64,000 nt of DNA. Origin: an uncultured Gemmatimonadales bacterium (GTDB taxonomy: Bacteria; Gemmatimonadota; Gemmatimonadetes; Gemmatimonadales; Gemmatimonadaceae). The first letter of the stretch is position 1. The number at the start of each line of letters is the position of its first letter. The stretch spans positions 32,001 through 96,000 of the forward strand of contig CAWBZV010000014.1 in NCBI GenBank assembly GCA_963793305.1, given 5' to 3'. The position numbers were made by a program, and so were the translations under genes. The notes beneath the pieces were generated by a model, which was not told the DNA's origin, did no database searches, and saw only the letters and a list, made by a program, of their open reading frames with translations. Shown here one piece after another: positions 41,047 to 51,262 of the stretch.

Positions 41047-41703
41047 ATGCCGTTTCCTGACTTGGCGGAACGCGTAGCCCAAGTCCGGCGGCGTGTGGGC
41101 GAGGACGTCACGATCATCGCGGTAACGAAGACGTACGGCCCGGACGCCGTCGAGGCGGCGTGGCGTTCGGGCTTGCGAGACGTCGGAGAGAATCGGGTGC
41201 AGGAAGCGGTCGCGAAGATGGCGGCAACCCAGGTACCCGTGCGCTGGCATCTGATCGGGCACGTGCAACGGAACAAGGTGAAGGAAGTCGACGGCTTCGC
41301 GCTCGTGCACTCGGTCGATAGTGCGCGGCTCGCCGATGCGTTGGACGAGCTCGGGGTCGCGCGCGGGCGGGCGGTCGACGTGCTCTTGCAGGTGAATACA
41401 TCGGGCGAACTGTCGAAGTACGGTTGGGCGCCCGAGGCCTTGCGGGCGGAAGCCGAACGGCTCGTGGAGCGTCCTGGTGTGCGGGTGCGGGGTATCATGA
41501 CGATGGCGCCGCTCGATGCGCCTGCCGACGTGTTGCGCGCGACCTTTCGTGGCGCGCGGGAGGCGTTGGCGGTCGTGCGCGACGCTGGGCATCCGGCAAC
41601 GGAACTGTCGATGGGAATGTCGAACGACTTCGAGATCGCGATCGAGGAAGGCGCGACGATGGTGCGATTGGGAACGATTCTCTTTGGAGCGCGCGCACAG
41701 TGA
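41047..41703 (+). CDS. yggS: YggS-family PLP homeostasis protein
   Basis: IAVTK, GENRVQE, WHLIGHVQRNK, LSMGMSNDF, MVRLGT. Confidence 0.95.
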   Translation: MPFPDLAERVAQVRRRVGEDVTIIAVTKTYGPDAVEAAWRSGLRDVGENRVQEAVAKMAATQVPVRWHLIGHVQRNKVKEVDGFALVHSVDSARLADALDELGVARGRAVDVLLQVNTSGELSKYGWAPEALRAEAERLVERPGVRVRGIMTMAPLDAPADVLRATFRGAREALAVVRDAGHPATELSMGMSNDFEIAIEEGATMVRLGTILFGARAQ

Positions 41704-42549
41704 TCGATGAGTCATTTCATCTCACCCCGCTGGAACGTCAGGCGCACGGAGTTTCCCGCCGCGCTCCGTGGCTACGATCGCGCGCGCGTCGACGAGTTTC
41801 GCGACCGCGTCGCCAATGAGCTCGAGCGGCTCACGCGGCTCAATCATGAGCTCGAGAACAAGGCCAAGGGGTTCCACGAGCAGCTGCGGGCCTTCCGCGA
41901 GCGCGACAAGGCATTGAACGAGGCGCTCGTCTCGGCCCAGCAACTCCGCGCGGAGACGCGCGAGCAGGCCGAGCGAGAGGCACAACTGTCGCTTCGCGAG
42001 GCGAAGGCGGAAGGGGATCGCCTCGTGGATGCGGCCAAGGCCGAGGTACGGCGCTTGGCGGGAGAGATCGAGGCCCTCGAGCGGTCCCGCCGGGCGTATC
42101 TCGCTCAGCTGCGTTCGATGGTCGCCCGGCAGCTCGCGGAGCTCGAGGCGATCCCTGAGACCAGCGCGAGTTACACGGCGCCTGCGGCGACCGCGACATC
42201 AATGCCACCGGCTGCGGCGACAACAGCGACGGCGACTAGTGGCCAGGGCGAGGCGGCCGCGGGACGCGGTGAACCGGCCACGGGCGGTAAGGGCCGTAAG
42301 GAGCCCACGACTGGCGGGAGCAAGCCGCCGGTGCCAGCTACGACCGGTGCCGCGCAAGGGGCTCCGCCGCCACCACCGCCGGGGGCTTCCCCGCGGACGA
42401 CGACGGTGCCGCTCGCGGCGGTGCCCGCCAATGGGGCTGCGCCGGAGACGGATGAGAAGAAGCCCGAGGACAAGAAAGAGTCAGATGACACGGCGCGTCA
42501 GCACGTGCAGACGCCAGGTTGGCTCAAGGCGGTTCCGAGCGACAAATGA
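41700..42549 (+). CDS. divIVA: DivIVA-domain protein (one +1 frameshift at ~41735)
   Basis: Corrected N-terminus MIDESFHLTPLDVRRTEF..LRGYDRARVDEF; coiled coil; low-complexity tail. Confidence 0.88.
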
Positions 42550-43445
42550 CCTTCCGAACCACGCCGCCCGCGTCTGAAGTCACGCAGGAGCACGCCGCGG
42601 TGATGCCGGATGGCATCCCTCCGTATCTCCACGTCTCGGAGCGGATCAACGCCGCCGCGTCGGTCGTCCGCTCGCAGTTCCGGCACCGCCCCCAGGTCGC
42701 GCTCATCCTCGGCACGGGCCTCGGCGGTCTCGCGCGCGAGATCGACGTCGCGGTGACGATCGAGTACGGGGATATCCCGTACTTCCCGCTCTCGACGGTC
42801 GAGTCGCATGTCGGGCGGCTGCTCTGCGGCACACTCGCGGGCAAGACGGTCATCGCGATGCAGGGAAGATTTCACCGGTACGAGGGGTACACGCTGCAGC
42901 AGGTGACGTTTCCGGTGCGCGTGCTCCGCGCGTTGGGCGCCGAGACCTTGATCGTCTCGAATGCGTGTGGCGGGTTGAGGGGCGATTGGCAGACGGGCGA
43001 TTTGATGCTGATCTCGGATCACATCAATCTGCTCGGCGACAATCCGCTCATTGGTCCGAATGACCCATCGCTCGGGCCCCGGTTCCCTGACATGTCGGAC
43101 CCGTATGATCGGAATCTTCGTGCGTTGGCGCGGACGGTCGGGGAGCTCAAGGGCATCACGCTGCGAGAAGGGGTGTATACCGCGGTGACCGGACCAAGCC
43201 TGGAGACGCGGGCGGAGTATCGCGCGTTGCGGACGGTCGGCGCGGATGTCGTCGGCATGTCGACCGTGCCCGAGGTCATCGTTGCCGTCCACGGCGGCAT
43301 GCGCGTCCTCGGCGTGTCGATCATCACGGATCTCTGTTTACCCGATACTCTGGAGCCGACGGGCATCGAGCAGATCCTCGCGGTCGCGAATCGCAGCGAG
43401 CCTTTTCTGACCGCGCTGGTCTCCGGCGTGGTGGAGCGTCTGTGA
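42546..43445 (+). CDS. punA: purine-nucleoside phosphorylase I
   Basis: ILGTGLG, QGRFHRYEG, GPSLETRAE, VGMSTVPE. Confidence 0.93.
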   Translation: MTFRTTPPASEVTQEHAAVMPDGIPPYLHVSERINAAASVVRSQFRHRPQVALILGTGLGGLAREIDVAVTIEYGDIPYFPLSTVESHVGRLLCGTLAGKTVIAMQGRFHRYEGYTLQQVTFPVRVLRALGAETLIVSNACGGLRGDWQTGDLMLISDHINLLGDNPLIGPNDPSLGPRFPDMSDPYDRNLRALARTVGELKGITLREGVYTAVTGPSLETRAEYRALRTVGADVVGMSTVPEVIVAVHGGMRVLGVSIITDLCLPDTLEPTGIEQILAVANRSEPFLTALVSGVVERL

Positions 43446-46400
43446 CCGCGGTTGATTCACCACGTTCGATGTACCGCCTGCCGCCGTCGCTCCTAGAAGC
43501 CGAGAAGGAAACGCTGGCCCGGTGGACCGACGAGCGACTGTTCGATCAGACGCTCGCGGCCAGCGAAGGCCGGCCCATGTTCGTGTTCTACGAAGGGCCG
43601 CCGACCGCGAATGGGCGGCCCGGCATCCATCACGTGTTCGCGCGAACTATAAAAGATCTCTTCTGTCGCCATAGGGCTATGCGTGGCTTTCATGTACCAC
43701 GTAAGGCCGGTTGGGACACGCACGGGTTGCCCGTCGAGATCGAGATCGAGAAGAAGCTCGGGCTCAAGGGCAAGCCGGACATCGAGACCTTCGGCGTGGT
43801 CGAGTTCAATCGCCTCTCGCGCGAGAGTGTCTGGCAGTATCGGGCCGAGTGGGAAAAGCTCAGCGAGCGCTTTGGATACTGGCTCGACTACGCGCATCCG
43901 TACGTCACGTACTCGAACGAGTATATCGAGAGCGAGTGGTGGGCGTTGGCGGAGTTGTTCCGCCGCGGGCTGTTGTACCAGGGCTTCAAAGTCCTGCCGT
44001 ATTGCCCGCGTTGCGAGACGGCGCTCTCCAGTCACGAAGTAGCGCTTGGCTACGACGACGAGACGGATCCCAGCGTCTATGTGGCGTTGCCACTCGAGGA
44101 CGGGCGCAAGATTCTGGTTTGGACCACGACGCCTTGGACTCTCGTGTCCAACGTCGCGTTGGCCGTGCGGCCCGATCTCGATTACGTCGAGGTCGAGCAC
44201 GATGGGACGATCTTGATTCTCGCCGCTGCGCGGCTCGAACCCGTGTTCGGTGGGGAGTGGGTTGAGCGTCGGCGCTTGAAGGGAACGGATCTGATCGGCC
44301 TTCGCTACAAGCGCCCGCTAGACTGGGTCGCGTATCCCCCCGAGGGCAACCACGAGATCATCGTCGGCGAGGATTTTGTCACCGCCGAAGATGGGAGCGG
44401 GGTCGTCCACATGGCGCCGGCATTCGGCGCCGATGATTTCGCGGCGATGCAGCATCACGGCTTGGCGTTTCTGCAGCCGGTCAACGTGCATGGAGAGTTC
44501 GACGCCAAAGTCCCGGTGGTCGGTGGGTTTGGTGTACGGCAGGCCAATGAGAGCATCATCGCCGAGCTGAAGAAGCTCGGCGTCCTGTTCAAGGCCGAAG
44601 CATTCACGCACTCGTACCCACACTGCTGGCGTTGCTCGACGCCGCTCCTGTACTACGCCCGCACGTCGTACTTCGTCCGTACGACGGCGGTCAAAGACGA
44701 GATGCTGGCCCGGAATGCCAAGATCGATTGGCATCCGCCCGAGGTTGGCACCGGGCGATTTGGTGAATGGCTGGCCGGCAATATCGATTGGGCGATCTCG
44801 CGCGATCGATATTGGGGCACGCCGTTGCCGCTCTGGGTCTGTGACAACGAGCGCGCGCATACGGAGGCGGTTGGGAGCTACGCCGAGCTGGCGCAGAAAA
44901 TCGGGCAACCGTTGCCCGAGGGCTTCGATCCGCACAAACCGGAAATCGACCGGTACACGTGGACCTGCGCGCAGTGCGGCGGGACGATGCGGCGCGTCAA
45001 TGAGGTCATCGACGCCTGGTTCGACTCGGGGTCGATGCCGTTCGCGCAATGGCATTACCCGTTCGAGCATCGGCAGGTCGTCGAGCGCCAGTTCCCCGCC
45101 GATTTCATCGCCGAGGGCGTGGATCAGACGCGCGGGTGGTTCTACTCGATGCTGGCCATTGCGACGACGCTCGGGGACGCGCTTCCCAACAACGACAAAG
45201 GGCGAGCCTCTCCCTACAAGAGCGTCGTCGTGAACGACCTCGTGCTCGACGCACAGGGTCAGAAGATGTCGAAGTCGCGCGGGAATACCGTCGATCCATG
45301 GGGCGTGATCGACCGCCACGGCGCCGACGCGCTGCGGCTCTTTCTGGTGCGCTCGGCGCAAGTGTGGCTGCCGCGGCGGTTCGACGAAGACGCGATCCGG
45401 GACGTCGTCGGCGGGTTTCTCAATGCGCTCGTCAATTCGTACAAGTTCTTCGCCGAGCTCGCGAATCTGACGCCCGAGCCGACGACTGGAGAGCGCACGG
45501 TACTAGACCGGTGGCTGCTTTCCAGGCTGGCGCGGGTCGAGCGCGAGGCGGATCAGTACTTCACGCGGTTCGAGGCGACCGACGCCGCCCGCGTCGTCAT
45601 GGACTTCGTCGAGAACGACGTCTCACGGTGGTATATCCGCCTGTCACGGCCGCGATTCTGGGCCGAGGATCGCTCAGCGTTCGAGACGCTGCGCGAGGCG
45701 CTCGTCGTGTCGTGCCGCCTGATGGCCCCCATCGCGCCGTTCGTGACCGACTGGATACACCGCGAGCTCACCGGATCGTCCGTCCATCTGTCATCGTTCG
45801 TGCGCCAACATCCGGACGCGACGAACGACGAACTGGAGCGGGCCATGGACGATGTGCGGGAGCTCGTCGGCACTGGCCGCACAGCGCGCGAGACGGCGGG
45901 TATTAAGGTCCGGCAGCCGCTGTCGCGGGTCGTTTGTGTGCTGCCTCACGGCAGGTCCCGGAAGGCGGTCGAAGCTTTGACACCGTTGCTGGCCAGCGAG
46001 CTCAACGTCAAGCGCGTGGAGTTTCTCGACGCGGCTGATTCGCTCGTGACCCTGACGGCCAAGGCCAATTTTCGGACGCTCGGAAAGAAGTTCGGGAAAG
46101 GCACGCCGTTGGCCGCCGAAGCGGTGACGAAGTTATCGAGTGCGCAGTTGGCAGCGTTTCAAAGGGGGGAGGCGCCGATCAGTGTGACCGTCGGGGATCA
46201 AACGCATCGCCTCGATCCCGAGGATATCGTGATCACACACGGGACCGCCGGGAACCTGGTGGTCGAAGAGCGGGGCGGATACGTGGCGGCCATTGATCCG
46301 GCGGTAACGCCGGAACTGGAACAGGAGGGACTCGCACGCGAGGTGATCCGTCAGGTCCAGATTCTGCGAAAGGAGTCGGGACTGGTCGTGAGTGACCGCA

Positions 46401-46606
46401 TTCGACTTGCCGTCTGGGGTGACCTAGGCGTCGAGGAGGCAGTCCGCGGTCACCGGGACTGGATCGCCGGAGAGGTGCTCGCCCGAGAGCTGATCATCGG
46501 GGAAGGGAACGTAGTTGTTGCCAATGGCGAATTTGACGCGAAGCGCGGCGTGCAGTTGGACGGACGCACGGTGCACCTCGCCTTGACTAGGGAAGTCGAA
46601 CGATGA
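43442..46606 (+). CDS. ileS: isoleucyl-tRNA synthetase, type 2
   Basis: FYEGPPTANGRPGIHH, GWDTHGLP, WTTTPWTL, EGVDQTRGWF, KMSKS; type-2 C-terminus (KVRQPL, EGLAREV). Confidence 0.97.
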   Translation: MTAVDSPRSMYRLPPSLLEAEKETLARWTDERLFDQTLAASEGRPMFVFYEGPPTANGRPGIHHVFARTIKDLFCRHRAMRGFHVPRKAGWDTHGLPVEIEIEKKLGLKGKPDIETFGVVEFNRLSRESVWQYRAEWEKLSERFGYWLDYAHPYVTYSNEYIESEWWALAELFRRGLLYQGFKVLPYCPRCETALSSHEVALGYDDETDPSVYVALPLEDGRKILVWTTTPWTLVSNVALAVRPDLDYVEVEHDGTILILAAARLEPVFGGEWVERRRLKGTDLIGLRYKRPLDWVAYPPEGNHEIIVGEDFVTAEDGSGVVHMAPAFGADDFAAMQHHGLAFLQPVNVHGEFDAKVPVVGGFGVRQANESIIAELKKLGVLFKAEAFTHSYPHCWRCSTPLLYYARTSYFVRTTAVKDEMLARNAKIDWHPPEVGTGRFGEWLAGNIDWAISRDRYWGTPLPLWVCDNERAHTEAVGSYAELAQKIGQPLPEGFDPHKPEIDRYTWTCAQCGGTMRRVNEVIDAWFDSGSMPFAQWHYPFEHRQVVERQFPADFIAEGVDQTRGWFYSMLAIATTLGDALPNNDKGRASPYKSVVVNDLVLDAQGQKMSKSRGNTVDPWGVIDRHGADALRLFLVRSAQVWLPRRFDEDAIRDVVGGFLNALVNSYKFFAELANLTPEPTTGERTVLDRWLLSRLARVEREADQYFTRFEATDAARVVMDFVENDVSRWYIRLSRPRFWAEDRSAFETLREALVVSCRLMAPIAPFVTDWIHRELTGSSVHLSSFVRQHPDATNDELERAMDDVRELVGTGRTARETAGIKVRQPLSRVVCVLPHGRSRKAVEALTPLLASELNVKRVEFLDAADSLVTLTAKANFRTLGKKFGKGTPLAAEAVTKLSSAQLAAFQRGEAPISVTVGDQTHRLDPEDIVITHGTAGNLVVEERGGYVAAIDPAVTPELEQEGLAREVIRQVQILRKESGLVVSDRIRLAVWGDLGVEEAVRGHRDWIAGEVLARELIIGEGNVVVANGEFDAKRGVQLDGRTVHLALTREVER

Positions 46607-47016
46607 CATCACCGACCGTGAAGAAAGCCAAGTCGATGTCGAAGAAGCAGCTCGGGCACTTCGAGAAGCGGCTGTTGGAGGAGCGGAAGCGCGTCCTCAA
46701 GGAGCTCGGCAATTACAGCGAAGCTTTCGGCGCGACCATGCAGAATTCCGATGGCGACTTGAGCTCATATTCCTTCCATATGGCGGATCAAGGGACCGAC
46801 GCCATGGAACGCGAGAAGGCGTTTCTGTTCGCGAGCCAAGAGGGGCGCTTTCTGTGGCATATTGATGAGGCGCTTCGTCGCCTGTACCGTTCGCCGGAGA
46901 CGTTCGGCAAATGTCATCAGTGCGGGGAAGAGATAGCGTTCGAGCGGTTGGATGCCCTGCCGCATGCTAGGTTTTGCTTCTCCTGCAAGCAGCGCGAGGA
47001 AGATGGAAAGAAATAG
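46603..47016 (+). CDS. TraR/DksA C4 zinc-finger protein
   Basis: HMADQGTD, CHQC...ERLDALP..FCFSC. Confidence 0.92.
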   Translation: MTSPTVKKAKSMSKKQLGHFEKRLLEERKRVLKELGNYSEAFGATMQNSDGDLSSYSFHMADQGTDAMEREKAFLFASQEGRFLWHIDEALRRLYRSPETFGKCHQCGEEIAFERLDALPHARFCFSCKQREEDGKK

Positions 47017-47534
47017 TACCAACGCCAGAGTCTTCTGGGGCGTCTTGATCACCGTCGTCTTGCTGGACGTGGTGACCAAGCAGATGGCGGTGACCCAGCT
47101 CATGCCGAGACAGCTCCCCCACGAGGTGTTGGGAGACGCGATCCGGTTTACGCTCGTATTCAACGAAGGGGCGGCCTTTGGCCTCAAGTTCGGGCCGCTC
47201 TCGAGGTGGATTTTCCTCGGGGCCACGCTCGTGGCGTTGGTGATACTGGGGCGGCTGTACCGGGCGACCAAGGCCGGGGACGTGCTGCGGACGCTGGCGC
47301 TCGGGCTCGTGTGCGGCGGTGCGGTCGGCAATCTCATTGACCGCATCCGGTCGCCCATGGGCGTCGTGGACTTCATCGAACGTCGGGCTCCGCGAGCACC
47401 GGTGGCCGACGTTCAATGTCGCTGACATGGCCGTGAGCACGGGGGCCATTTTGCTCGCGTGGGTCCTGTGGAGCGAGGACCGTCACCACGCGACTCCGGT
47501 GAGCGCACCGAGCGAGACGCGCGAGGTGTCGTGA
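47003..47534 (+). CDS. lspA: lipoprotein signal peptidase II (one +1 frameshift at ~47380)
   Basis: DVVTK, NEGAAFG, GNLIDR; corrected VVDFIDVG...WPTFNVAD. Confidence 0.93.
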
Positions 47535-48493
47535 GCGGCGCCGGCGACGCCGGCGCCCGCTACGAGTTTGTCGTCCCACCCGATTCGGCCGCCCGCCTCG
47601 ACCTCGCGATCGTTGCGGCGACCGGGTTGTCCCGCAACCAGGCGGCGACGCTGATCGCCACCGGACAGGTTACCATCGACGGTCGCCGCGAGAGGGCGAG
47701 TTTCCGACCCCTCCCCGGAGCGCGGATCGTGGTCGACCTCCCTCCGGCGCCCGACCACCCGCTGGTGGCCGAGGACATCCCACTCTCGATCGTCTACGAG
47801 GACGAGTCGCTCCTCGTCGTCGATAAGGCCGCGGGGATGGTCGTTCACCCTGCGCCTGGGAATTGGAGCGGCACGCTGGTCAACGCCCTGCTCGGTCGCG
47901 GCGCCGCGCATTTGGTGCATCGCCTCGATAAAGAAACGTCCGGGCTTCTCGTCGTCGCCAAGAGCGAAAAAGTGCAGCGGCAGCTGCAGAGCGCATTGGC
48001 GGCGAGACAGCTGAAACGTTTGTATGCGGCGCTCAGCTGGGGACATCTGACAAGTGACCACATCACGGTCGACAAACCAGTTGGCCGCGATCCCCGAGAC
48101 CGAAAGCGGATGGCGATCGTCACTACAGGTCGACCGGCGAGGACAGACTTCGCCCGGTTGGCGCGCTACGACTCGGTGGACCTCCTCCGAGCCCGGTTGC
48201 ACACGGGACGCACGCATCAAATTCGCGTGCACCTCGCGTCGATTGGGCACCCGGTGGTGGGCGATGACACGTACGGCGGCGGTGGCGGACGGCGCGTGGT
48301 GGCGCTCCCTCCGCATCGACACTTTCTGCACGCCGCGTGGCTTCGCTTCCGTCACCCGATCACGGGCGCCGACATGGACCTGAGATCGCCGCTGCCAGAC
48401 GATCTGCTTCGATCACTGGCCGCCGTTTCGTACGAGGACACCGGGCTGGACGATGTTGGCTTCTACCGAATCGAACCCGACGACAGTCGATGA
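47531..48493 (+). CDS. rluD: RluA/RluD-family pseudouridine synthase
   Basis: S4-like RLD, KAAGMVVHP, HRLDKETSG, TGRTHQIRVH. Confidence 0.92.
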   Translation: MSGAGDAGARYEFVVPPDSAARLDLAIVAATGLSRNQAATLIATGQVTIDGRRERASFRPLPGARIVVDLPPAPDHPLVAEDIPLSIVYEDESLLVVDKAAGMVVHPAPGNWSGTLVNALLGRGAAHLVHRLDKETSGLLVVAKSEKVQRQLQSALAARQLKRLYAALSWGHLTSDHITVDKPVGRDPRDRKRMAIVTTGRPARTDFARLARYDSVDLLRARLHTGRTHQIRVHLASIGHPVVGDDTYGGGGGRRVVALPPHRHFLHAAWLRFRHPITGADMDLRSPLPDDLLRSLAAVSYEDTGLDDVGFYRIEPDDSR

Positions 48494-48938
48494 GCAGTAC
48501 GCGAGCACCGCGGACGCGCCACGGTTATTGCTGTTCGGCGTGGGCGGGCGACTCTGCGCCTGTGAGCTGGACGCTATTCGCGAAATCGTTCCCTATCGAC
48601 AAGCCACGCGACTGCCCGGCGCGCCGCCGTTCGTCACGGGCCTGATCAATCTGCGGGGATCGATTCTGACGGTGATGGACCTGGGTCTCAGACTCGGGGG
48701 ATCACCCATTGATCCCACGCGGGGATCGATTGTGCTGGCGGAGGCGGGACCGCGCGTCATTGGCCTCGGCGTCGATGAGCTCCGAGACGTGCAACGCGTT
48801 CCGCGAACGCAGATCGAACCGGCCGACGGCGAGATCGGCTCGGGGGTGGTGAGCGGCGTGCTCCAAGTGGGGGAGGACGTCGCGATGTTGCTCGACGTGC
48901 GGGCGATCATCAAGCAAATCTTCGGGGGAAATCTGTGA
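48453..48938 (+). CDS. cheW: chemotaxis adaptor CheW
   Basis: TRLPGAPPFVTGLINLRGSIL, IGLGVD. Confidence 0.92.
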   Translation: MLASTESNPTTVDEQYASTADAPRLLLFGVGGRLCACELDAIREIVPYRQATRLPGAPPFVTGLINLRGSILTVMDLGLRLGGSPIDPTRGSIVLAEAGPRVIGLGVDELRDVQRVPRTQIEPADGEIGSGVVSGVLQVGEDVAMLLDVRAIIKQIFGGNL

Positions 48939-49297
48939 GTCACTCAGTGCTGATCTGCGATGACGCGATCTTCATGCGGACGATGGTCGGCGACATCCTG
49001 ACCCAAGCCGGATTCGAGGTCGTCGGCGAGGCCGAGACGGGCCTGCAGGCGGTCGAGAAGTACAAGCAGCTGCGACCCGACCTCGTCACGATGGACATCG
49101 TGATGCCGGACATGGGTGGGATCGACGCGGTCCGCGAGATCACGAAGTTCGACGCCAACGCCAAGATCCTCATGTGCAGCGCGATGGGCCAGCAAGCGCT
49201 CGTCGTCGAGGCGATCCAGGCGGGCGCGAAAGACTTCGTCGTCAAACCTTTCCAGCCCAGCCGCGTGCTGGAAGCCGTCCAACGCGTCCTCGGCTAG
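48935..49297 (+). CDS. cheY: response regulator CheY
   Basis: ICDDAIFMR, TMDIVMP, CSAMGQ, FVVKPF. Confidence 0.95.
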   Translation: MSHSVLICDDAIFMRTMVGDILTQAGFEVVGEAETGLQAVEKYKQLRPDLVTMDIVMPDMGGIDAVREITKFDANAKILMCSAMGQQALVVEAIQAGAKDFVVKPFQPSRVLEAVQRVLG

Positions 49298-49303
49298 CTC
49301 CTC

Positions 49304-51253
49304 GTGGACACGTCGCGGTACGCCGAGCTCTTTCTCACCGAGAGCCGTGAGCATTTATCAGCCATCAACCACGCGCTGCTCGAAATGGAGCAGAACGGGG
49401 GGACGGCCGATACCGTAGGCGCATTGTTCCGCGCCGTGCACACGGTCAAGGGCATGAGCGCGACGATGGGGTACCACGACGTTGCTGATCTGTCGCACGA
49501 GTTGGAGACCCTGCTCGAGCGGTGTCGCCGGGGCGAGCTCGCGGTGACATCCCCACTGATGGATGTGTTGTTCAAGGCGGCCGACACCCTCGAATCGGCC
49601 ATCGAGAACGCCGTCGCTGACGGGCCTCCAGTCAAGATCGCCAAGATTATCGAGCGGTTGAAATCGATCAGCACCGAGACCACCAACGGTGGCTCGGCTC
49701 CGCGTCGCACGTCCGGCAAGGCCGCGCGCCAGCGCGCCGCGAAGAAGGCTGCGACGCCCTTATCCGTGCCGACGGTCGGCGCCGATCCCGGCACGATCGT
49801 CAAGGTCACGCTCGTCCCCGATACGCCGCTGCCCGGCGTACGCGCGGTGATGGTACTGAACAAGATCCGATCGCTCGGCAAGGTCGTCGCTGTCGATCCC
49901 CCAGAAGACGACTTGGCACACGACGGGTTCAACGGTTGCTTTACGTGCACGATGATCGGGGCGGCGCTCGCGCCCGAGATCGAGGACGCGATTCGCTCCG
50001 TGGGCGACGTTGACACCGTTCAGATCACGGGCGCGCCCGTCCTGGCCGCGCGCCGCGGCACAACGGTCCTCCAAGCCGTGGGCAACGAAGAGACCGGGGT
50101 CAAGCAGCAGCGCCATGTGCGCATCGATCTGCGCCGGCTCGATTCTCTCATGAATCTGATCGGCGAGTTGGTCATCACGCGCGGACGGTTGTTCGAGATC
50201 GGGCGCTCTCTGGCGGATCCGGCGCTCGACGACTCGCTCGCTCAGGCCTCGCGGCTCATCGGCGACCTCCAGGACGAGATCATGACCTGCCGCATGGTCC
50301 CCGTCTGGCAGGTCTTTGACCGGTTCCCACGTCTCGTTCGCGATGCCGCCCGTACGCTCGGAAAGGACGTCACGCTGGAGATCGAGGGCAAAGAGATCGA
50401 GCTCGATCGCTCGATGCTCGACGAGATCGGCGATCCGATCGTGCACTTGCTGCGCAATGCCGTCGATCATGGCATCGAGACGCCCGACGAGCGGGCCAAG
50501 CAGGGCAAGCCGGTCATCGGCCGCCTGACGCTGAGCGCGGCGCGCGATCGCTCGAACGTCCTGATAAGAGTCTCGGACGATGGGCGGGGGATCGATCGCG
50601 GGAAGGTGCTGAGAAAAGCCCAAGAGACGGGACTGATCGACCCGGCGACTGTGGAGCTCACCGACGAAGAGCTGATGCGGCTCATCTCCAAACCGGGATT
50701 CAGCACGGCGGAAGCCGTGACCGAGATCTCCGGACGGGGTGTGGGTATCGACGCGGTGCAGAATCGCGTCCGAGCCCTTGGCGGATCCGTCGATATCAGA
50801 ACCGCGCCGGGGCGCGGGACGACCGTCACGGCCAGGTTGCCCCTCACGCTGGCGATCATGCGAGCCCTGCTCGCGCGCGTCGCCAATGAAGTGTATGCGA
50901 TTCCGATGGCGCACGTGCGCGAGACGATCTCGCTCGACGGCGCAAATGTGTCGACGCTGCAGGGGAAACCCGTGCTGCTGCTGCGCGAGGTCGTCATGCC
51001 ACTCGTACGCCTGCGTGACGTGGTTGGGCTGCCGGGACGAGTGATCGAAGCGGGCGAGGACGCCGAGCAAGCCATCGTCGTCGAGCTGGCTGATAAAGAA
51101 GTCGCGGTCGTTGTCGACCAACTCCCGGGTCAGCAGGAGATCGTGGTGAAGCAGTTCGATGGGGTGCGCGGTGGCCTGAATCTGTTCACCGGTGCGACGA
51201 TCCTCGGCGACGGCGCGCCCGCCTTGATCGTCGATGTGAGCAGTCTTTTCTGA
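49304..51253 (+). CDS. cheA: histidine kinase CheA
   Basis: FRAVHTVKG (Hpt), HLLRNAVDHGIE, DDGRG, SGRGVG, CheW domain. Confidence 0.97.
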   Translation: MDTSRYAELFLTESREHLSAINHALLEMEQNGGTADTVGALFRAVHTVKGMSATMGYHDVADLSHELETLLERCRRGELAVTSPLMDVLFKAADTLESAIENAVADGPPVKIAKIIERLKSISTETTNGGSAPRRTSGKAARQRAAKKAATPLSVPTVGADPGTIVKVTLVPDTPLPGVRAVMVLNKIRSLGKVVAVDPPEDDLAHDGFNGCFTCTMIGAALAPEIEDAIRSVGDVDTVQITGAPVLAARRGTTVLQAVGNEETGVKQQRHVRIDLRRLDSLMNLIGELVITRGRLFEIGRSLADPALDDSLAQASRLIGDLQDEIMTCRMVPVWQVFDRFPRLVRDAARTLGKDVTLEIEGKEIELDRSMLDEIGDPIVHLLRNAVDHGIETPDERAKQGKPVIGRLTLSAARDRSNVLIRVSDDGRGIDRGKVLRKAQETGLIDPATVELTDEELMRLISKPGFSTAEAVTEISGRGVGIDAVQNRVRALGGSVDIRTAPGRGTTVTARLPLTLAIMRALLARVANEVYAIPMAHVRETISLDGANVSTLQGKPVLLLREVVMPLVRLRDVVGLPGRVIEAGEDAEQAIVVELADKEVAVVVDQLPGQQEIVVKQFDGVRGGLNLFTGATILGDGAPALIVDVSSLF

Positions 51254-51262
51254 GGCCCTGAA

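Noticed and set aside
41733..47384. Programmed frameshifting or pseudogenisation of divIVA and lspA
   Set aside because: No slippery run or stimulator; identical lesion in unrelated genes, and lspA is normally essential in diderms, so a sequencing artefact is more likely.
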